Translations under genes and position numbers: made by a program
Shown: piece by piece, positions 36,813 to 47,001 of the stretch
Layout of the letters: each line of letters starts with the position of its first letter
How positions within the stretch are numbered: position 1 is the stretch's first letter
DNA from: an uncultured Candidatus Binatia bacterium
Lineage (GTDB): Bacteria > Desulfobacterota > Binatia > Bin18
Assembly (NCBI GenBank): GCA_965214755.1
Contig: OZ243979.1
Coordinates: 3,669,022-3,733,021 of the forward strand
Direction of reading: 5' to 3'
Length of the DNA: 64,000 bases
The notes under the pieces: model-generated
Database searches by the model: none
Seen by the model: the letters and a program-made list of their open reading frames with translations, nothing else
Told to the model about the DNA's origin: nothing

Positions 36813-38090
36813 CTACCGATTTGTGCTCTGTCCGCTTTGATCGTTGTCCCATTTGCGAAAGACGAGACAGGCATTAGTGCCCCCAAAGCCGAAGGAATTG
36901 GATAAGACGGCCCGGACTGGTGTCGGGCGGGCCGTGTTGGGCACATAGTCTAAATCACACTCCGGATCAGGCTCCTCATAGTTAATGGTTGGCGGTATGA
37001 TCTGATGATGGAGCGCCAAAGCGGAATAGACGGCTTCGACGCCGCCGGCAGCCCCAAGTAAGTGGCCGGTCATAGACTTGGTTGAGCTGATAGCGAGCTT
37101 TGCGGCGTGTTCGCCAAAGACTCTTTTCAGGGCCAGGGTTTCGGTTGCGTCGTTATACGGTGTTGAAGTTCCGTGCGCGTTGACGTAATCGATCTCAGTG
37201 GGATCAAGTCCGCTGCTCCGGAGGGCCAGCCGCATGCATCGGACTGCTCCCTCACCTTCGGGCGAGGGGGCAGTGATATGATGCGCGTCCCCATTGGCAC
37301 CGTAGCCGACCACTTCAGCGTAGATGGTTGCCCCATGACTCTTTGCGAACTCGAGTTCCTCCAACACAATGATACCGGCGCCTTCGGCCATGACAAAGCC
37401 GTCACGATTCTTGTCAAACGGACGGCTGGCCCTCTCAGGCTCGTCGTTTCGCGTCGAGACCGCTCGCATGGCAACAAAGCCGCCCAGCCCTAAAGAGGTC
37501 AACGCTGCCTCTGCTCCCCCAGCAATAACCGCGTCTTGGTCGCCCAGTCGAATGGCCCGGTACGCTTCACCAATGGCATGCGCACCAGAAGAGCAGGCAC
37601 TCGTTGGCGTATAATTAATACCTTTGGCGCCATAGCGAATAGAGATTTGGCCGGGTGCCAGGTTGCTCAACAGCTTGGGGATAAAGAAGGGAGAAACGCG
37701 TTTGAGACGGGTATCGAGAAAGAGCAGATGATTCTCCTCAATACTGGTCAGCCCACCAATCCCCACCCCGATAATACACCCCACCAGATCCTCATTGTCC
37801 GGCGTGATCGGGAGCTTGGCCTCATCCATTGCCATCTGGGCCGCGGCCACACTGTACTGGATGAAGAGGTCCATCTTTTTGACCTCTTTCTTCTCGATAA
37901 AATCGGTGGGCGTGAAGTCAGTGACCTCACCAGCGATCCGCGTGGGAAAGTCTGAGACGTCAAAGCGGGTTAACGGTCCTACCCCAGAACGGCCTTCAAG
38001 CAGTGCTTGCCAGTTTTTCTCCACCCCAGTGCCCAGTGGAGTGACCGCTCCCAGCCCAGTAATGACGACACGGCGTTGCCCGTCTTGCAT
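36813..38090 (-). CDS. fabF: 3-oxoacyl-ACP synthase II
   Basis: [15 protein letters not shown]...; KAS II motifs; alternative start 38108. Confidence 0.9.
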   Translation of the reverse strand: MQDGQRRVVITGLGAVTPLGTGVEKNWQALLEGRSGVGPLTRFDVSDFPTRIAGEVTDFTPTDFIEKKEVKKMDLFIQYSVAAAQMAMDEAKLPITPDNEDLVGCIIGVGIGGLTSIEENHLLFLDTRLKRVSPFFIPKLLSNLAPGQISIRYGAKGINYTPTSACSSGAHAIGEAYRAIRLGDQDAVIAGGAEAALTSLGLGGFVAMRAVSTRNDEPERASRPFDKNRDGFVMAEGAGIIVLEELEFAKSHGATIYAEVVGYGANGDAHHITAPSPEGEGAVRCMRLALRSSGLDPTEIDYVNAHGTSTPYNDATETLALKRVFGEHAAKLAISSTKSMTGHLLGAAGGVEAVYSALALHHQIIPPTINYEEPDPECDLDYVPNTARPTPVRAVLSNSFGFGGTNACLVFRKWDNDQSGQSTNR

Positions 38091-38353
38091 GATATCCTGC
38101 CTTAACACACTACTGCTGCCACCGTCCCAATGATGGGCTCAACAGTTTTTTCCCAGCACCTCTCTGTTCCCCAAACACGCTGCTCAGGCCGTGTATCTTA
38201 AAGACTCCGGGAACCCCCTGCAACCAGCATAGCCATCTCATCAAGAATCCGGATCGGGTGAACGAGGACCAAAGGGAGTCCCTTTTCTGACAGTGGGCTG
38301 CTATACGGAATGCTCCAAAGACCATACCGTGATCAGGAGGAGTTGCCAGGCGT

Positions 38354-39619
38354 ATGCCAGAACAGGGACAGGATCGATACTCCCAAACGGTGTGCCTGAA
38401 CCAACGGGCCTACGCCTTCCCGCATCGGCCTGTAGTCGTGATCTGTATAGACGGGTGCGATCCAGCTTATATCAAGACCGGGCTGGCCCAGAACATTCTA
38501 CCCAACATCCAGCGCTTTCTCACCCAAGGGTTTGGCACTTGGGCGGACGCGGTCGTCCCAACGTTTACGAATCCGAACAACCTGTCCATTGTCACGGGCA
38601 GTCCGCCCGCCGTGCATGGGATTTCGGGGAATTACTTTCTTGATCCGACAACAGGACAGCCGGTCATGATGACCGATCCCCGCCAACTCCGCTCAGAAAC
38701 CCTGCTGGCGCGCTTCTCCCACAGCGGGGCCAAAGTCATCGTCATCACCGCCAAAGAGAAACTGCGCCGTTTACTTGGCCACGGCATCGCCGACGGGATG
38801 TGTTTCTCTGCCGAAAAAGCGGAGGAGTGTACCATCCCCGTGCATGGTATTGAGAACGTGTGTCAGCGGCTTGGTCGTCCACAGCCCGCCGTCTACTCTG
38901 CCGAGCTGTCACTTTTTGTCTTGGAAGCCGGCCTCGCCCTGCTCGAACAACACCGACCGGATCTGATGTATCTCTCGCTGAGCGACTACGTCCAACATAA
39001 ACATGCGCCGGGGAGTGCAGAAGCGAACGCGTTCTATGCCGCGCTTGACCGGGCGTGCGGTCAGCTGGCTCAGGCAGGAGCCTTGGTCGCCCTCGCCGCC
39101 GACCATGGGATGAACGCCAAACCGCGGGTCGTATTTCTCCAGGATATCCTGGACACGAGTTGCGGTCAGGGCAAGACACGCGTGATCTGCCCGATTACCG
39201 ACCCCTACGTAGCCCATCATGGTGCCTTGGGGTCCTGTGTCCGCGTCTACTGTCCTGGTACGGACCGGGCTGCCGTGCGGGCTATCATCGCAAACATTCC
39301 TGGGGTTGAGGCGGTCTATGAGAGGCCCACCGCGTGTGCACAGTTTTGCCTGCCGCCCGACCGTGAGGCTGATCTCCTTGTACTTGGCGATCAACTCACG
39401 GCCGTTGGTGCGGCAGAACGAGACCATGATTTGTCCGGGTTAGGAGGTACGCCGCTCCGCTCTCATGGCGGACGCGCGGAACAGGTGGTGCCATTCATTC
39501 TTTCTGAGCCCGTCTCCGAGGCGTACCATACCCGCGCGGCAACCGTTCGGCCCAGCAACTTTGACCTGTTCGACTACGCTTTGAATGGGACAAAAAGAGT
39601 AAACGTGCCAACCGTTTGA
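38354..39619 (+). CDS. Alkaline-phosphatase-superfamily hydrolase (phosphonoacetate hydrolase / nucleotide pyrophosphatase-like); C-terminus and stop encoded within repeat copy 12
   Basis: VVICIDGCDPAYI...TFTNPNNLSIVTGSPPAVHGISGNYF (AP-superfamily metal-site motifs). Confidence 0.55.
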   Translation: MPEQGQDRYSQTVCLNQRAYAFPHRPVVVICIDGCDPAYIKTGLAQNILPNIQRFLTQGFGTWADAVVPTFTNPNNLSIVTGSPPAVHGISGNYFLDPTTGQPVMMTDPRQLRSETLLARFSHSGAKVIVITAKEKLRRLLGHGIADGMCFSAEKAEECTIPVHGIENVCQRLGRPQPAVYSAELSLFVLEAGLALLEQHRPDLMYLSLSDYVQHKHAPGSAEANAFYAALDRACGQLAQAGALVALAADHGMNAKPRVVFLQDILDTSCGQGKTRVICPITDPYVAHHGALGSCVRVYCPGTDRAAVRAIIANIPGVEAVYERPTACAQFCLPPDREADLLVLGDQLTAVGAAERDHDLSGLGGTPLRSHGGRAEQVVPFILSEPVSEAYHTRAATVRPSNFDLFDYALNGTKRVNVPTV

Positions 39620-39646
39620 TCTGTTTGGAGGCGCGTTTACTCTTTT
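39593..39646. repeat. Palindromic repeat element copy 12 (opposite orientation)
   Basis: aaaaagagtaaacgtgccaaccgtttgatctgtttggaggcgcgtttactctttt; its left arm encodes the last residues (KRVNVPTV) and TGA of the upstream gene. Confidence 0.75.
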
Positions 39647-39723
39647 GCGAGCGGTAGTCTCCCGCGCTTTTTCCGTGGTCTCACGCCTTGTGTCAGGAAA
39701 ATGGAGTCTATAGACTGGAGGCA

Positions 39724-40356
39724 ATGGATGTCTCAGGCGTGGTGCAGCAACTGTCCATTTGGGGACTACCGGTCCTTGTGGCGGTTATCCTGCACGAACT
39801 CGCGCATGGCTATAGCGCCTATCTGTTAGGAGACCCGACCGCCGCCCGAATGGGCCGACTGACCCTGAATCCGCTTGCCCATATCGATCTGTTTGGAACC
39901 CTCTTGTTACCCTTCCTGCTGATCATGACTGGCGCGCCGTTTCTGTTTGGCTATGCCAAGCCCGTTCCCGTAAACTTTACGAATCTGCGTAACCCCCGGC
40001 GAGACATGGTGCGCGTGGCCGCGGCTGGTCCGATTATGAACCTGATATTAGCCGGGCTGTCCGCCTTTGCGCTGAAGTTCCTGCTGTCCTTACAACTCAT
40101 CACCGATGGACTGGTCGCCCGCAGCCTGTTGGCGAGTGTCCTGATCAATGTTGTACTGGCCGTCTTTAATTTATTTCCGCTCCCGCCGCTCGACGGCGGG
40201 CGAGTCGCCACGGGACTGCTGCCGCGGCAACCGGCTCTGGCGCTCGCCAAGCTTGAGCCCTATGGCATGTTGATTGTGATCCTGCTGTTGATGACCGGGA
40301 TTCTTAGCGACCTGCTCCAACCGCTGACGCTATTCGTCCTCAGCACGCTCCTGTGA
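39724..40356 (+). CDS. Site-2 protease family (M50) membrane metalloprotease
   Basis: HELAHG zinc motif; polytopic membrane protein. Confidence 0.7.
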   Translation: MDVSGVVQQLSIWGLPVLVAVILHELAHGYSAYLLGDPTAARMGRLTLNPLAHIDLFGTLLLPFLLIMTGAPFLFGYAKPVPVNFTNLRNPRRDMVRVAAAGPIMNLILAGLSAFALKFLLSLQLITDGLVARSLLASVLINVVLAVFNLFPLPPLDGGRVATGLLPRQPALALAKLEPYGMLIVILLLMTGILSDLLQPLTLFVLSTLL

Positions 40357-40366
40357 GATTTTCTTC

Positions 40367-41392
40367 ATGACCGACAACACAACGACGCGACAAACGATTG
40401 TGAGTGGATTTCGTCCAACCGGTAAGCTTCATCTTGGGCATTTACACGGCACGCTCACCAACTGGGTCCGGCTCCAGAGCGAGTACCGGTGTTTTTTCTT
40501 CGTGGCTGACTGGCACGCCCTGACCACCGGGAAGACCGATGCCGCAAGCATTCGGAGCAATACCGAAGAGATGGTAATTGACTGGTTGAGCGTTGGACTC
40601 AACCCAGCCCAGTCTGTGATTTTTCGTCAGTCCGATGTGAAAGAGCACGCCGAGCTGCACCTCTTGTTTTCGATGATTACACCGACGCCGTGGCTGATTC
40701 GGAACCCCACCGTCAAAGAGCAAGCGCGTGAGCTGGGTTTCATCGACTCCGATGATGAAGCCGCGGTGACCACGATTCACTATGGTCTGCTCGGTTATCC
40801 CGTGCTCCAGGCTGCCGACATCCTGATGTATAAGGCGCAACGGGTTCCCGTCGGGGTCGATCAGGTTCCGCATATTGAGCTGACCCGCGAGATTGCTAGG
40901 CGCTTTAATGCGGTCTATGAGGCCGGCATCTTTCCTGAGCCCCGGGCCCTGCTGACGGAGATTCCAAAAATTCTTGGCGTTGACGGCCGTAAGATGAGCA
41001 AGAGCTATGGCAACGCGGTCGTCCTGTCAGACCCGCCGCAAGAGGTCGATACGAAGCTGTCACGAATGATGACCGACCCGCGTCGGGCGCGGCGGCGCGA
41101 CCCTGGCGACCCAGCCGACTGCCCGGCTTTTCACCTGCACCGCCTCTACTGCACGCCGGAAGAAATCGAGTTTGTCACGAACGGGTGTAAAACAGCGGAC
41201 ATTGGCTGTCTTGAATGTAAGAAGATTATGATCAAGCATGTGCTTGACGATCTGGCCCAATTCAGGGAAAAACGAAAGTACTGGGAAAACCACCGCGGCG
41301 ATGTGCGCGACGTCCTCCGGGAAGGGGAACGCCAGGCTCATGAAATCGCCCGTCAAACCATGGCGGAGGTACGGGAGGTGGTTGGTGTGTAA
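40367..41392 (+). CDS. trpS: Tryptophanyl-tRNA synthetase
   Basis: SGFRPTGKLHLGHLHG (HIGH) ... KMSKS. Confidence 0.95.
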   Translation: MTDNTTTRQTIVSGFRPTGKLHLGHLHGTLTNWVRLQSEYRCFFFVADWHALTTGKTDAASIRSNTEEMVIDWLSVGLNPAQSVIFRQSDVKEHAELHLLFSMITPTPWLIRNPTVKEQARELGFIDSDDEAAVTTIHYGLLGYPVLQAADILMYKAQRVPVGVDQVPHIELTREIARRFNAVYEAGIFPEPRALLTEIPKILGVDGRKMSKSYGNAVVLSDPPQEVDTKLSRMMTDPRRARRRDPGDPADCPAFHLHRLYCTPEEIEFVTNGCKTADIGCLECKKIMIKHVLDDLAQFREKRKYWENHRGDVRDVLREGERQAHEIARQTMAEVREVVGV

Positions 41393-41459
41393 GCTGGCGG
41401 AAGGGGCAGGCCACGAGAGTTGGTGAGACGGTGCCGGCCCTCCCTTTTTGCCACATGGG

Positions 41460-41516
41460 AAAAAGAGTCGACACGCTAGCAGCTTTGCATGACTTGGAGA
41501 GTGTGTTGACTCTTTA
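41460..41516. repeat. Palindromic repeat element copy 13 (degenerate)
   Basis: aaaagagtcgacacgctagcagctttgcatgacttggagagtgtgttgactcttta. Confidence 0.6.
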
Positions 41517-41557
41517 TGACGAACGGCGAAGCGTGTTCAGCCGATAAAGCCCCTACC

Positions 41558-42304
41558 ATGTTCTATCGCGTTAAACTCAGCGTCTTTGAAGGTCCGCTCG
41601 ACTTATTGCTCCATCTCATCAAAAAGAACGAAGTGGAGTTGCCCGACATCCCCATTGCCGAAATTACCGACCAGTATTTAGCCTATCTCGACCTCCTCAA
41701 ACAGCTCGACCTTGACATCGCGGGAGAATACCTGGTGATGGCGGCGAGCCTGCTCTACCTTAAATCGCGTCTCCTGCTGCCTATCGAGGAAACACCCGAA
41801 GAAGAAGAGGGCGAAGACCCGCGCGCGGAACTGGCCCGCCAACTGCTCGAATACCAGCGCTTCAAAGAAGCGGCCGAGGCGCTGGTTGGCCGGGAGATGC
41901 TCAACCGCGACGTGTTTATTCGCCCACCCATGCCCGTTGAACCGGATGGCAAAAACGATGTCGTGTATGAGCTGTCGCTGGGCGATCTGCTTGATGCCCT
42001 GCACGATGTGATGACCCGCGCGGACTCTCAAGAAGCGCATCAGATCATGCTTGAGCATGTGTCTTTACGTGACCGATTGTGTGCGGTGCTTGATACCTTA
42101 CGGGAAAAAAGAGAGGTGCTCCTCGAACAGCTCTTTCCCCAGGACTCAACCCGACTGCAGGTCCTAGTGACCTTCCTGGCCGTTCTCGAACTGGTCCGCA
42201 ATCGGATGATCCATGTGCGCCAAGAGAATCTCTTCGGCCCGATCGTTGCCTCCCTGGCGGTGAGCCTAGAGGAGCCTTTGCCCGAGGCGCTCGGACACCT
42301 ATGA
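41558..42304 (+). CDS. scpA: Segregation and condensation protein A
   Basis: MFYRVKLSVFEGPLDLLLHLIKKNEVEL; ORF-track start 41516 begins inside repeat copy 13. Confidence 0.85.
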   Translation: MFYRVKLSVFEGPLDLLLHLIKKNEVELPDIPIAEITDQYLAYLDLLKQLDLDIAGEYLVMAASLLYLKSRLLLPIEETPEEEEGEDPRAELARQLLEYQRFKEAAEALVGREMLNRDVFIRPPMPVEPDGKNDVVYELSLGDLLDALHDVMTRADSQEAHQIMLEHVSLRDRLCAVLDTLREKREVLLEQLFPQDSTRLQVLVTFLAVLELVRNRMIHVRQENLFGPIVASLAVSLEEPLPEALGHL

Positions 42305-42996
42305 AAACAGATCACATCAAGGCGATCGTCGAAAGTCTGTTATTTGCATCCGGCGTACCCTTACCGCTCCGCCGTCTGGTTGAGGTCACTGGCGCAACCA
42401 AGGCAGAAGTAAAGGCAGCCCTCGTCGCCCTGCGCGCCGAGTATACCGGCCCCTACCGGGGGGTGCGGCTCAGAGAAGTAGCGAGCGGCTATCAGTTTCG
42501 GACGGTGGCCGACCATGCCGACTACGTGAAGGCCCTCGGTCGGGATAAGCCGGTCAAGTTGAGCCGTGCGGCACTCGAAACGCTCGCCATTATTGCCTAT
42601 CGTCAACCCGTGACCAAGATCGAGATTGAAGCCATTCGTGGCGTCGATGTGGACGGCGTGTTACACTCGCTCCTCACCCGCAAGCTCATCACGGTCCTGG
42701 GGCGCAAGGACGTGCCCGGTCGACCGTGGATATACGGAACGAGCCAGCAGTTTCTTGAGATTTTCAATCTGGAGAGTATTACCGACCTTCCCCCGTTGCC
42801 TGACATCCACGAGCCAACGGCAAATGCGCATGCAGAAGACCTCCCAGACCCAGCGGCTCCAGAAAATCCTGAGTCAGGCCGGGATCTCTTCGCGACGGGC
42901 GGCGGAGCGGTTGATCCAGGCCGGTCGCGTGCGGGTGAATGGACAAACGGTCACACGTCTGGGAACAACGGCGGACCCGCGACAGGACCACATTGA
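42301..42996 (+). CDS. scpB: Segregation and condensation protein B
   Basis: LFASGVPLPLRRLVE...LETLAIIAYRQPVTKIEIEAIRGV; the 3' end may be shorter than the ORF. Confidence 0.8.
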   Translation: MKTDHIKAIVESLLFASGVPLPLRRLVEVTGATKAEVKAALVALRAEYTGPYRGVRLREVASGYQFRTVADHADYVKALGRDKPVKLSRAALETLAIIAYRQPVTKIEIEAIRGVDVDGVLHSLLTRKLITVLGRKDVPGRPWIYGTSQQFLEIFNLESITDLPPLPDIHEPTANAHAEDLPDPAAPENPESGRDLFATGGGAVDPGRSRAGEWTNGHTSGNNGGPATGPH

Positions 42997-43573
42997 AGTT
43001 GATGGGCACTTGATCGATTTGCCCACCGGTTGGCTGTATTTTCTGCTGCACAAACCGCCTCGCGTGGTCAGTACCCTGAGAGACCCAGAGGGGCGTCCAA
43101 CAGTCCGCGACCTACTCTCCGGCGTTCGCGAACGCGTCTTTCCGGTCGGTCGCCTTGACTATGACTCGTCCGGGCTGCTGCTGCTGACAAATGACGGCGC
43201 GCTGACGGAACGCCTCCTGCATCCACGTTTTCAGGTGCCTCGTACTTACCAGGCAAAGGTCGGCGGCGTGGTTGCCAGAAGAGCGCTGGCTGAGCTTCGC
43301 CACGGCGTACGCTTGGACGATGGCACGCTCGCAGCCCCCGCCAAGGTATATATCCTCCGGGCAACGACCCGCAAAACCTGGCTTGAACTTGTGCTGCGCG
43401 AAGGCCGCAACCGCGCGGTACGCCGGATGTGTGAAGCGCTCGGCTATCGGGTGGAGAAACTGGTCCGCGTGCAGTACGGCCCACTCAGTTTGGACGTGCC
43501 GGTTGGTACCTATCGCCCGCTCACTCCCAAAGAGATCAAACAACTGAAGCGCCTGGTCGAAAAGCCCGCGTAA
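42824..43573 (+). CDS. rluB: 23S rRNA pseudouridine synthase (RluB/RsuA family, S4 domain + PUS core)
   Basis: MRMQKTSQTQRLQKILSQAGISSRRAAERLIQAGRVRVNG...VGRLDYDSSGLLLLTNDG. Confidence 0.8.
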   Translation: MRMQKTSQTQRLQKILSQAGISSRRAAERLIQAGRVRVNGQTVTRLGTTADPRQDHIEVDGHLIDLPTGWLYFLLHKPPRVVSTLRDPEGRPTVRDLLSGVRERVFPVGRLDYDSSGLLLLTNDGALTERLLHPRFQVPRTYQAKVGGVVARRALAELRHGVRLDDGTLAAPAKVYILRATTRKTWLELVLREGRNRAVRRMCEALGYRVEKLVRVQYGPLSLDVPVGTYRPLTPKEIKQLKRLVEKPA

Positions 43574-43663
43574 TCACGGCCCGAACTGTACTCTCGGTCT
43601 TGACTCTCCCTTTTTAGAGCGATACATCTATACCCACGCGGCACACGCTGTATTGCCGTCCTG

Positions 43664-43739
<76 letters not shown>

Positions 43740-43818
43740 TATGAGAGCTCCGTAAGTTCAAGAACTTCGGGGCTCTCGCCATTTATACGGCCCGTCAAAC
43801 AAGCGAGATGGTGGAGGT

Positions 43819-45558
43819 ATGGAAGCAGATACGACGCGTGGCAAAGACTCTATTCGCTACCAGCCTGACGAAAACCCACCGCCCCTCCTCTCCTTCGGTA
43901 TCGGCTTTCAGGCGGCCATGCTCGTGATAGGTGGGATCGTGTTGACCCCTGCGATTGTGCTCCGGGCGGCCGACCAGAGCGAGGTCTATCTATCCTGGGC
44001 GATCTTCGCAGCGCTCATCATCAGTGGGGCAACCACCGTCCTGCAATCCGTCCGGGTCGGGCGCTTCGGAGCCGGTCACATCCTGATCATGGGGACCTCC
44101 GGCGCTTTCATTGCGGTGTGTATCACCGCCCTGGTGGAGGGCGGGCCGGCCTTGCTGGCGACACTCATCTTTATCTCATCCTTGTTTCAGTTCGCCTTGG
44201 CGACTCGACTGTCGCTCCTGCGACGAATCATTACGCCGGTTGTTTCGGGCACGGTGGTCGCGCTGATTGCCGTGACCATTATGCCCATCGCATTTCAGAT
44301 GGTGTCGGACGTGCCTCAGGGCGCGCCGCCGGCCGCAGCGCCAGTGTCCGCTACGGCCACCCTGATCGCCATTGCGGCGCTGGCCTTGCGCACGTCGGGT
44401 GTATGGCGGCTCTGGGCGCCGGTCATCGGCATTGCGGTGGGCTGTCTGGTGGCCTCGTTCTTCGGGCTCTATGACATTGCACGTGTGGCCGAGACAGCGT
44501 GGATTGGCATACCGACATCTGGCTGGCCCGGCTTTGACCTGTCGTTTGGGAGCGAATTCTGGGTACTGCTGCCGGCCTTCGTGTTTGTGACCCTGGTCGG
44601 TGCCATTGAAACAATAGGTGATTCGGTGGCCATTCAGCGCGTCTCATGGCGTACCCCCCGGGCGGTCGATTTCCGGACGGTCCAGGGTGCGGTTAATGCC
44701 GATGGTCTGGGCAATCTGTTGTCCGGTCTGGCCAGTACTGTGCCGAATACGACCTATTCGAGCAGCATCCCGCTCACCGAACTGACCGGAGTGGCGGCGC
44801 GCAATGTCGGGGTCAGCCTTGGTCTCATCTTCATCGCGCTCGCCTTTCTGCCCAAGGGAGCGGCCCTGATACTCGCCATTCCCAGCCCGGTGGTGGCCGC
44901 CTATCTCATGGTGCTGATGGGCATGCTTTTCGTCCAGGGTATGAAGATCATCATGCAGGACGGGCTCGACTATCGGAAAGGCGTGGTGGTCGGGATTTCC
45001 TTCTGGCTCGGTGCGGGCTTTCAGAACCAGGCTATCTTCGCCGACCAACTCGGCGAGCAGTGGAGGGCGCTGCTTGGCAACGGCATGACGGCCGGCGGCT
45101 TGGCCGTCCTCGCCCTGACCCTGTTCACGGAACTGACAGGTCCGCGTCGCCACCGTCTGGAAATGGACCTGGACATAGCGGCCCTGCCCAAGATCAACGG
45201 GTTTCTGCGTGAGTTGGCCTCACGCTTCGGCTGGAATACTGCCTCGATGGAGCGCTTGTGCGCGGCTGGTGAGGAAACGCTGCTGAGTCTTGTGCAGCCG
45301 GAGGACGAAACCATCCCCGACAAGCGGCAGCTCTTCGTTGTTGCACATGGCGACCGCGCGGAAGTCGAGTTGGAATTTGTGGCCGCGGTCGGGGATGAAA
45401 ATCTTGAAGACCGCCTGGCCCTGCTCGGTGAGGGGAGCGCCACACCCGAAGAGCACGAGATTTCCCTCCGTCTGCTGAAACATTTTGCGGCCTCGGTCCA
45501 TCACCAGCAATACCACGATATCGACATCGTGACCGTGCGGGTCGAAGCGGCGCGCTAG
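43819..45558 (+). CDS. NCS2-family nucleobase (xanthine/uracil) permease with a ~140-aa C-terminal cytoplasmic extension
   Basis: Polytopic membrane protein with NCS2-like N-terminal helices; hydrophilic C-terminal domain. Confidence 0.6.
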   Translation: MEADTTRGKDSIRYQPDENPPPLLSFGIGFQAAMLVIGGIVLTPAIVLRAADQSEVYLSWAIFAALIISGATTVLQSVRVGRFGAGHILIMGTSGAFIAVCITALVEGGPALLATLIFISSLFQFALATRLSLLRRIITPVVSGTVVALIAVTIMPIAFQMVSDVPQGAPPAAAPVSATATLIAIAALALRTSGVWRLWAPVIGIAVGCLVASFFGLYDIARVAETAWIGIPTSGWPGFDLSFGSEFWVLLPAFVFVTLVGAIETIGDSVAIQRVSWRTPRAVDFRTVQGAVNADGLGNLLSGLASTVPNTTYSSSIPLTELTGVAARNVGVSLGLIFIALAFLPKGAALILAIPSPVVAAYLMVLMGMLFVQGMKIIMQDGLDYRKGVVVGISFWLGAGFQNQAIFADQLGEQWRALLGNGMTAGGLAVLALTLFTELTGPRRHRLEMDLDIAALPKINGFLRELASRFGWNTASMERLCAAGEETLLSLVQPEDETIPDKRQLFVVAHGDRAEVELEFVAAVGDENLEDRLALLGEGSATPEEHEISLRLLKHFAASVHHQQYHDIDIVTVRVEAAR

Positions 45559-45585
45559 GCGAGGGTCATCTTCGACCCGCAATCC

Positions 45586-47001
45586 CTACGCAATGGACGG
45601 TTTAGCGTCCTGCCAGGGGCACATCTTCTCGAACGCAGCGGAGGCACGTAGCACGCCGGCGTCGTCAAACCGTCGTCCCACAATCTGGAGGCCAACCGGT
45701 AAGCCATCTTTGGTAAACCCACACGGAATGGACGCCGCCGGATTCCCGGTCAGGTTGAAGGGAAACGTAAAGGTAAGCCACTCGTACGGGGCCAGCCGGG
45801 TGCCGTTGACTGATTGGGCGTTGTCGAGCCCGACCGCAAATGGCGGGCAGGGCAGGGTCGGGGTGAGCAGCAGGGTGTATTTCTCAAAAAATTTCTGGAC
45901 CCCGGTATTCCAGTCCAGGCGCTCAAACCACGAGTCAATATAGTGGTTGGCTTTCCATTTATGTGTTTTCTCAATCAGCTTCACCAAGTTGGGATCAATA
46001 TCCGACCGGCGCGTTTTAAGTGCCGGCCCCAACCGGGCGGCAATCCCGCCACAAAACAGACCCTCCCAGGCCCGTTGCGGATTTGGCCACTTGGGCTTGA
46101 CGTTTTCGACCCGACACCCCAGGCCCCTGAACCGTCGGGCCGCTTTGGCGCACAGGGCTTTGACCTCTGGATCGAGCGCCTTGGTAAAGCCAAGATCATC
46201 GCACCATGCTACCCGCCAGCCTTGCAGTGAGCCCTTGAGGGCTTTGACATAGTCGGTCGTGTCCGCCGGCAGAGAGTACTGATCGTGCCCGTCCGATCCT
46301 GCTGTGACGTTCAGCATGAGTGCGGCATCGGCCACCGTCCGCGTCATCGGCCCAACATGAGACAAACTCCAGGCTCCGCTCGGCGGATACACGGGAATCC
46401 GGCCAAAAGACGGCTTGAGCCCATACACCCCGCTGAACGACGACGGGATACGAATCGAGCCGCCCCCGTCCGTTCCTATGGCGAGGGGTCCCAGGCCGGC
46501 TGCAATCGCCGCTCCGGCCCCACCGCTTGAGCCACCCGGTGTCAGGGCGACATTCCACGGATTCCGGGTTGGCCCGAACAAGAGATTGTGCGTGACTCCC
46601 AGCCAGCCAAATGTTGGTGTGTTTGTTTTGCCGAGTTGGATAGCCCCCGCCGCTTTCATACGCGCCACCATGGGCGCATCTTCGGTCGGGATATTGTCGG
46701 CGAAAAGCGGCGTCCCAAACGTCGTGCGAATGCCTTTGGTTATCACCAAGTCCTTGGTTGAGAACGGAACGCCATGGAGTGGGCCAAGTGAAGCCGAGTG
46801 CTGCATGAGCATTTTCTCGGCTCTACGCGCGGCGCGCAGCGCGGCTTTGTCCGTCAGGGTGACAAACGCGTTGAGCTGCGGGTTGAGTTGGTCAATTCGA
46901 TCAAGGATCGCTCTCGTGACTTCGACCGGGGAGATCTGTTTACGCCGAATCGCTTTCGCTAGTTCGGTTGCGGACAGCCAGCAGATGTCGTCCTTTGCCA
47001 T
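45586..47001 (-). CDS. Amidase (amidase-signature family, GatA-like)
   Basis: GGSSGGAGAAIAAGLGPLAIGTDGGGSIRIPSSFSGVYGLKPSFG (AS signature, Ser-cisSer-Lys). Confidence 0.85.
   Translation of the reverse strand: MAKDDICWLSATELAKAIRRKQISPVEVTRAILDRIDQLNPQLNAFVTLTDKAALRAARRAEKMLMQHSASLGPLHGVPFSTKDLVITKGIRTTFGTPLFADNIPTEDAPMVARMKAAGAIQLGKTNTPTFGWLGVTHNLLFGPTRNPWNVALTPGGSSGGAGAAIAAGLGPLAIGTDGGGSIRIPSSFSGVYGLKPSFGRIPVYPPSGAWSLSHVGPMTRTVADAALMLNVTAGSDGHDQYSLPADTTDYVKALKGSLQGWRVAWCDDLGFTKALDPEVKALCAKAARRFRGLGCRVENVKPKWPNPQRAWEGLFCGGIAARLGPALKTRRSDIDPNLVKLIEKTHKWKANHYIDSWFERLDWNTGVQKFFEKYTLLLTPTLPCPPFAVGLDNAQSVNGTRLAPYEWLTFTFPFNLTGNPAASIPCGFTKDGLPVGLQIVGRRFDDAGVLRASAAFEKMCPWQDAKPSIA

Noticed and set aside
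1730-41516. Possibility that the palindromic repeats are a CRISPR array
   Set aside because: Copies are dispersed over 40 kb with irregular spacing of kilobases, occur in both orientations and inside genes; no cas genes; they behave like REP/MITE elements.
44118-45443. Several 70-170-aa ORFs on both strands within the permease gene
   Set aside because: All lie inside a well-supported transporter CDS; Arg/Gly/Ala-rich translations typical of off-frame high-GC sequence.
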